Positions 59,535 through 64,000 of a DNA stretch of 64,000 nucleotides are shown here, in pieces. The notes beneath the pieces were generated by a model, which saw only the letters and a list, made by a program, of their open reading frames with translations, was not told the origin of the DNA and ran no database searches. Origin of the DNA: Promethearchaeota archaeon (GTDB lineage Archaea > Asgardarchaeota > Lokiarchaeia > Sigyniarchaeales > SOKP01); NCBI GenBank assembly GCA_019894975.1, contig JAGXNO010000001.1:64001-128000 (forward strand), read 5' to 3'. How positions within the stretch are numbered: position 1 is the stretch's first letter; each line of letters starts with the position of its first letter. A program made the position numbers and the translations under genes.

Positions 59535-60038
59535 CTATTCAATATATTTTACTATTTCCTCTAAGGATTTTCGAGGTCTTGGCTCAGGTATCTCTCCCTT
59601 AGGGTATCCTAATGGAAGAACGGTTAACAAATCATCACTTTCCTTAAGATTTAATAATTTTTTTACATTTTCTCTATTTATTCTCCCAATCCAACATGTT
59701 CCAATACCATATGACCACGCAGCTAAAGCTAATTGTAAGGATACAAAACAAGTATCATGAAGATACCAGTTTGGTGATAGGTCCTTATCCCCAACAATTG
59801 CTATTAATAGAGGTGCTCCCGAAGCAAAGGGACCAGTAGTGCATTCTTTTGCTATCTTTTTAATTAGCTCCTTATTTTTAATTACATAAAAGGTCCAAGG
59901 TTGTCTATTTCTAGCACTCATACACATCCTTGTTGTTTCAAGAATTTTAGTTAATATTTCATCCTCAATTGGTTTGGATTCATAACTTCTTATGCTTCTT
60001 CTTTCTTTTAATAATTTAGTTTGGTCACTTTCAGCCAT
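59535..60038 (-). CDS. Nitroreductase family protein
   Basis: RRSIRSY, SARNRQPW, GIGTCWIG, LGYP. Confidence 0.92.
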   Translation of the reverse strand: MAESDQTKLLKERRSIRSYESKPIEDEILTKILETTRMCMSARNRQPWTFYVIKNKELIKKIAKECTTGPFASGAPLLIAIVGDKDLSPNWYLHDTCFVSLQLALAAWSYGIGTCWIGRINRENVKKLLNLKESDDLLTVLPLGYPKGEIPEPRPRKSLEEIVKYIE

Positions 60039-60098
60039 ATTAAAAAATTCCGTTGATTTTAATTGAAATTAATTATCTTAAATAATATAAGATTTATT

Positions 60099-60671
60099 TT
60101 AATCATTATCAACTTCTTTCGATATAATTCTCTCTCCCAATTGGTAATAATTGAAATCTCCCCCTGTCACCCAGATGAGGGGATGAATCCTTCTCCAATC
60201 GAGTTTATCATTTGCTAAGTATTGAGGATCTACATATGACTTTATAACCTTACCAATGATCCCTTCATTGGGATCATAATCAAGAATTTCAGTTACTTTA
60301 CATTCTATATTTACAGGACATTCACTAATCATAGGTGCTGTTTGCAATTCACCATAAAAAGTGTTAAAAAGTGATGATTTATCAAAATCTCGACCAGATT
60401 TACTTCCACAAATATCGGTTTTGGACAGGAGGTCTTCAGTTGGTATGTTAACACTAAATGTCATATTTTCATGAATTCCAAGATTCGAATAACGCTTTTT
60501 ATACATGCTCAAGAAAATATATTTTCCGAAATCAAAAGGACATATATAACCAATCACAAGAAAATTTGGTTTATTCTTTACTTGCACACCTACTAAAACT
60601 ACGGGTAAAGGACTCAGTAGATTTCCTTCAACCTTTGTTTTTTTTAAACTATTATCATTCATCCCTATCAA
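60099..60671 (-). CDS. Flavin reductase/flavoredoxin family protein
   Basis: PLPVVLVG, FSVNIP, SGRDFDK, APMISECPVNIEC. Confidence 0.9.
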   Translation of the reverse strand: MIGMNDNSLKKTKVEGNLLSPLPVVLVGVQVKNKPNFLVIGYICPFDFGKYIFLSMYKKRYSNLGIHENMTFSVNIPTEDLLSKTDICGSKSGRDFDKSSLFNTFYGELQTAPMISECPVNIECKVTEILDYDPNEGIIGKVIKSYVDPQYLANDKLDWRRIHPLIWVTGGDFNYYQLGERIISKEVDND

Positions 60672-60734
60672 TTTAAACTGAGAAGTAATTAATAAATAAC
60701 GAAGTAAGTAAAAATAAAAAGGTAATGGAAAGTT

Positions 60735-60887
60735 TTAGGATGTGTTTTGCTTAATTGATTCCTCAGATAAAATCTTTACCTGATCTGAATATTCTTCTTC
60801 AGTTTCATCTAGAGGGATTTTATGAAGATGGCCATGATAGATTATGATCCTAAACTTTTTTTCTTTGATGAGCGCCTTTTTTGGCAT
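60735..60887 (-). CDS. Possible small protein (50 aa, not in ORF track)
   Basis: MPKKALIKEKKFRIIIYHGHLHKIPLDETEEEYSDQVKILSEESIKQNTS; co-oriented with neighbours. Confidence 0.45.
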   Translation of the reverse strand: MPKKALIKEKKFRIIIYHGHLHKIPLDETEEEYSDQVKILSEESIKQNTS

Positions 60888-60937
60888 ATGACATTAAATT
60901 ATTCGGAATTTTAAAAATAGGAATAGTCACGCAATTT

Positions 60938-62101
60938 TCAAATTAGTTTTGTTTTTATTCGTTTTATTGCTTCCTTTAATGTTTCTAATTTCTGCGAAAT
61001 TGAGAATCTTACATAGTTAGATCCTGGATTTTTGTCATTATTTTCACTATAAAAACTAGATCCCGGAACAACAGCAACACCCTCATCCTTCACTAGGAAT
61101 TCAGAAAATTTTAAATCATCCATGCCAAATTGAGAAATATTGGCAAACATATAATATGCCCCCTCTGGTTTAAAAACCTTCATCCCTAAATCAGAAAGTT
61201 CTTTGTGAAAATAATCTCTATTTATTTGGTATCTATTCTTGAGATCATCAAAATATGAAGTATCTAACTTAAACGCATTTAAAGCTGCTAGCTGTAATAA
61301 AGAAGGGGCACAAACGGTAAGATAATCATGTACTTTTCTGACTCCATCCATTAACTTTTTACATGCTGCTACATAACCAATTCTCCATCCTGTAACAGAA
61401 AAAGTTTTACTAAAACCGCTTATAGTAATGGTTAAATCCTGCATCGAATCAAAACTACCAATGCTCTGATGGTTAAGACCATTAAAAATGATATATTCAT
61501 AGATTTCATCAGTTATAGCAATAATCCTATGATCGACACATAAATCAGAGATAAGATTTAAATCGTCTTTTGTGAAAACTTTACCTGTAGGATTATGAGG
61601 TGTATTTATTAGAATCGCCTTAGTCTTCTCATTTATACTATCTTTTAATTGTTCCTCATCAATGTCATATGTATTTTCGGTTAAAGATACAAACTTAGGT
61701 TTACCTTGAGCTAGATATGTTATGGGTACATAATTTTCATACCAAGGTTCGAAAATTAAGATTTCATCTCCAGGATTCGTTAATGCAAGAATCGTTGAGG
61801 CGATTGCTTCACTTGCACCACAAGTAATTGTTATTTCGTCATAAGGATTAACTCTTATCTTGTTATATTGCTCTAATTTTAGTGCGATTTGTTTCCTTAA
61901 ATCTACTCGACCATGCGTTACTGAATATTGATGTTCTTCTTCCTCTATTCCTTTTTTTATCCCCTCTATCAGCTTCAAGGGGGGAGAAAAATCGGGCATT
62001 CCCTGAGATAGATTAATCGCATTATTTTCAATGGCTTTTCTTGTCATTTCTCTTATTACAGATTCTTGAAAAAACTCTAATCTATTTGATAAAAAATTCA
62101 T
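60938..62101 (-). CDS. Class I/II aminotransferase
   Basis: INLSQGMPD, NTPHNPTG, DEIY, SKTFSVTGWRIG. Confidence 0.94.
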   Translation of the reverse strand: MNFLSNRLEFFQESVIREMTRKAIENNAINLSQGMPDFSPPLKLIEGIKKGIEEEEHQYSVTHGRVDLRKQIALKLEQYNKIRVNPYDEITITCGASEAIASTILALTNPGDEILIFEPWYENYVPITYLAQGKPKFVSLTENTYDIDEEQLKDSINEKTKAILINTPHNPTGKVFTKDDLNLISDLCVDHRIIAITDEIYEYIIFNGLNHQSIGSFDSMQDLTITISGFSKTFSVTGWRIGYVAACKKLMDGVRKVHDYLTVCAPSLLQLAALNAFKLDTSYFDDLKNRYQINRDYFHKELSDLGMKVFKPEGAYYMFANISQFGMDDLKFSEFLVKDEGVAVVPGSSFYSENNDKNPGSNYVRFSISQKLETLKEAIKRIKTKLI

Positions 62102-62273
62102 TAGTATTAGTTCACCTAATTATGAAAATTGAAATTCAAACTATTAACTCATATCAATTTATAAGTTAAGAATTATGAGATACTTAATATATATTATAAC
62201 TTGTAGATAATTTTTCCTTCATACTTCTCATCTTTAAAATTAAGAAAGAAAAAAAATGATTACTATATTTTCA

Positions 62274-63554
62274 TTAACGAGTTGGTGGTTTTATAACATA
62301 AGCTAAAGCGGCAGCTCCAACTGACATCAATCCCATTACAATAAAAAGGATTAGGTAACTCCCAAATACAGAAACAAAAGCACTAACCATTGTTGCCCCC
62401 ATAAATCCTGCAATACCGTAGGCAGTAAATATCACTCCATAGTTAGGTCCTAAATTTTTTGAACCGAATAGGTCAGCAGTAGCCGTGGGAAATAGACTAA
62501 AATTACCACCAAAGCAGAAATATATTGCACATGTCATTATTAAGAAATAAATCTCATTAATATTTGTTGTAAAGTAGACAAATAAGAGAATTGCTTGTGT
62601 GATAAACATCAATAACATCGCTCTTTTGTATGTTATGACATCGGCCATCTTCCCCCATACTATTCTTCCTAAACCGTTAAAAAGCGCTGCTAGACTCCCA
62701 ATTAATACAAAATCGGCAGTTCCTATGTTATAGATGAAACTGCCACCATCAACTGTCTTTGCAAACGCAGCATATGAACCAATTACCATTAAACCTGAAA
62801 TTGCACTTAAAATAAAAGTTGCCCATAGCATCCAAAACTGAGGTAATTTTATCGCTTGATTACGTTCAAATTCTAATCCTGATATCCCGCTTTTTTCAGA
62901 AGGAGCGGGGGGAATCCAACCCTCAGGTTTCCACCCTTCAGGTGGATTACTTAGTGCAAATGCTCCACCAATGATAAGAACTAAATAAATAATCCCTAGT
63001 ACGATAAACATTAGTGGTATATTTTCAGAAACAGTTGATACAAAATTAATATCATCCGTTTCAAGATTAGTTGGGTTAGCTAAAGCTTTTATTAAGTAGT
63101 TAAAAACAAATGAACCTGCCCCAAATCCAGCTACTGCAATTCCATTTATGAATCCTTTTTTGTCTGGAAACCATTTACTTGCTGAAGCTATAGGGCATAC
63201 ATAACCAAATCCAATTCCTGCCCCAAAAATGATACCGTAGGTAATCAATAGACCTATAAAACTAGTCATGAATGCTGAGAGAATGACACCCCCTCCCATT
63301 AATACTCCACCAAGAATTGCTATATTCCTAGGACCATATTTTTGTTGTAATTTACCCGCAAATATCATTGTTATTGCAAAACTCAAGAGCCCTATACCAA
63401 AAATAAAGACAGTTGCCTCTTTAATTTCACTTAAGTAGGGGCTTATAAACACGGTAAGAGTTCCCCAAGAATATATCGTCCCTAAGGCTAATTGAATCAA
63501 TATTGCTCCTATAACAACTATCCACCGATTTCTAATATTTTGTTGATTAGACAT
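62274..63554 (-). CDS. MFS transporter, oxalate/formate antiporter (OFA) family
   Basis: LGTIYSW, KWFPDKKG, GFGAG, NGLGRIVWG, NYG. Confidence 0.92.
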   Translation of the reverse strand: MSNQQNIRNRWIVVIGAILIQLALGTIYSWGTLTVFISPYLSEIKEATVFIFGIGLLSFAITMIFAGKLQQKYGPRNIAILGGVLMGGGVILSAFMTSFIGLLITYGIIFGAGIGFGYVCPIASASKWFPDKKGFINGIAVAGFGAGSFVFNYLIKALANPTNLETDDINFVSTVSENIPLMFIVLGIIYLVLIIGGAFALSNPPEGWKPEGWIPPAPSEKSGISGLEFERNQAIKLPQFWMLWATFILSAISGLMVIGSYAAFAKTVDGGSFIYNIGTADFVLIGSLAALFNGLGRIVWGKMADVITYKRAMLLMFITQAILLFVYFTTNINEIYFLIMTCAIYFCFGGNFSLFPTATADLFGSKNLGPNYGVIFTAYGIAGFMGATMVSAFVSVFGSYLILFIVMGLMSVGAAALAYVIKPPTR

Positions 63555-63698
63555 TATAAAAATCCTTATAGAAATGTTTTATGGTTGAGAATAATTTGAG
63601 AGATAAAAATTTTGTATTAATAGTTTAAAAATAATCATATACTAAATAATTATAATTAAATCCAATTTTTAATTTAAAATAATTTAAAAAAAGGGGTT

Positions 63699-64000
63699 AT
63701 GGAACTACTCATGACAATTACCCTTAATTTCTTTGAATATGATCTCGTTTATGTAATAATGATAATCTTGGGGATCATCCAGGGAAGTTCATTAGTTATT
63801 GGATGTCGAATCTTCCATGAAGATTTAAATGGGCTAAGATTTGTAAAAGGTTTAATTATTGCGGGGGGTATACTAACTGGGTTGTACATTACAATCTTCT
63901 TCATACCTACTAGTATAGATGTTTCATCACCGACAAAATCAGAAGAATTAGCATTTTTTTTCATTCTTCTATTAAACTATGATATTTTACCTGACTCTGT
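63699..64000 (+). CDS. Membrane protein, 5' part (runs off the window end)
   Basis: ATG 63699 after AGGGG; open hydrophobic frame MELLMTITLNFFEYDLVYVIMIILGII... Confidence 0.6.
   Translation, partial: MELLMTITLNFFEYDLVYVIMIILGIIQGSSLVIGCRIFHEDLNGLRFVKGLIIAGGILTGLYITIFFIPTSIDVSSPTKSEELAFFFILLLNYDILPDS

Noticed and set aside
1-64000. CRISPR arrays, rRNA/tRNA genes, IS elements, prophage genes
   Set aside because: No regularly spaced repeats, GC-rich structural RNA blocks, transposases or integrases seen by eye; a tRNAscan/Infernal run would be needed to exclude small RNAs formally

Overview
AT-rich archaeal chromosomal window, most consistent with an Asgard archaeon of the Lokiarchaeia type. 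This is inferred from GGTGA/GAGGTG ribosome-binding sites, archaeal ThyA/PhoU/RimK genes, an SMC5/6-like operon, a small GTPase and an SCP2 + thiolase pair. About 65 genes are present, mostly metabolic. I saw no rRNA, tRNA, CRISPR array or transposase. The strongest candidate for an undescribed system is an arsenic/thiol locus at 16.1-20.5 kb. (i) The last gene of an acr3 operon is a ubiquitin-like (MoaD-fold) protein whose diglycine position is occupied by two consecutive in-frame TGA codons. The frame continues for 36 more codons and is followed immediately by a eukaryote-type SECIS-like hairpin (AUGA/GA core, A-rich loop), making it a candidate Sec-Sec selenoprotein. (ii) The nearby cysteine synthase is preceded by an unannotated 22-aa leader ORF ending CCCSTCCC within a structured leader, a candidate cysteine-sensing attenuator. 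Other highlights are a four-gene operon (dead AAA+, SMC5/6-like ATPase, kleisin, Nse1-like KITE), a BpsA-SpeD fusion, a quadruple-ABC UvrA-like protein, two genes that apparently need AUU/AUA starts, several unannotated microproteins and three broken genes. All family calls come from motif recognition by eye, not from database searches.
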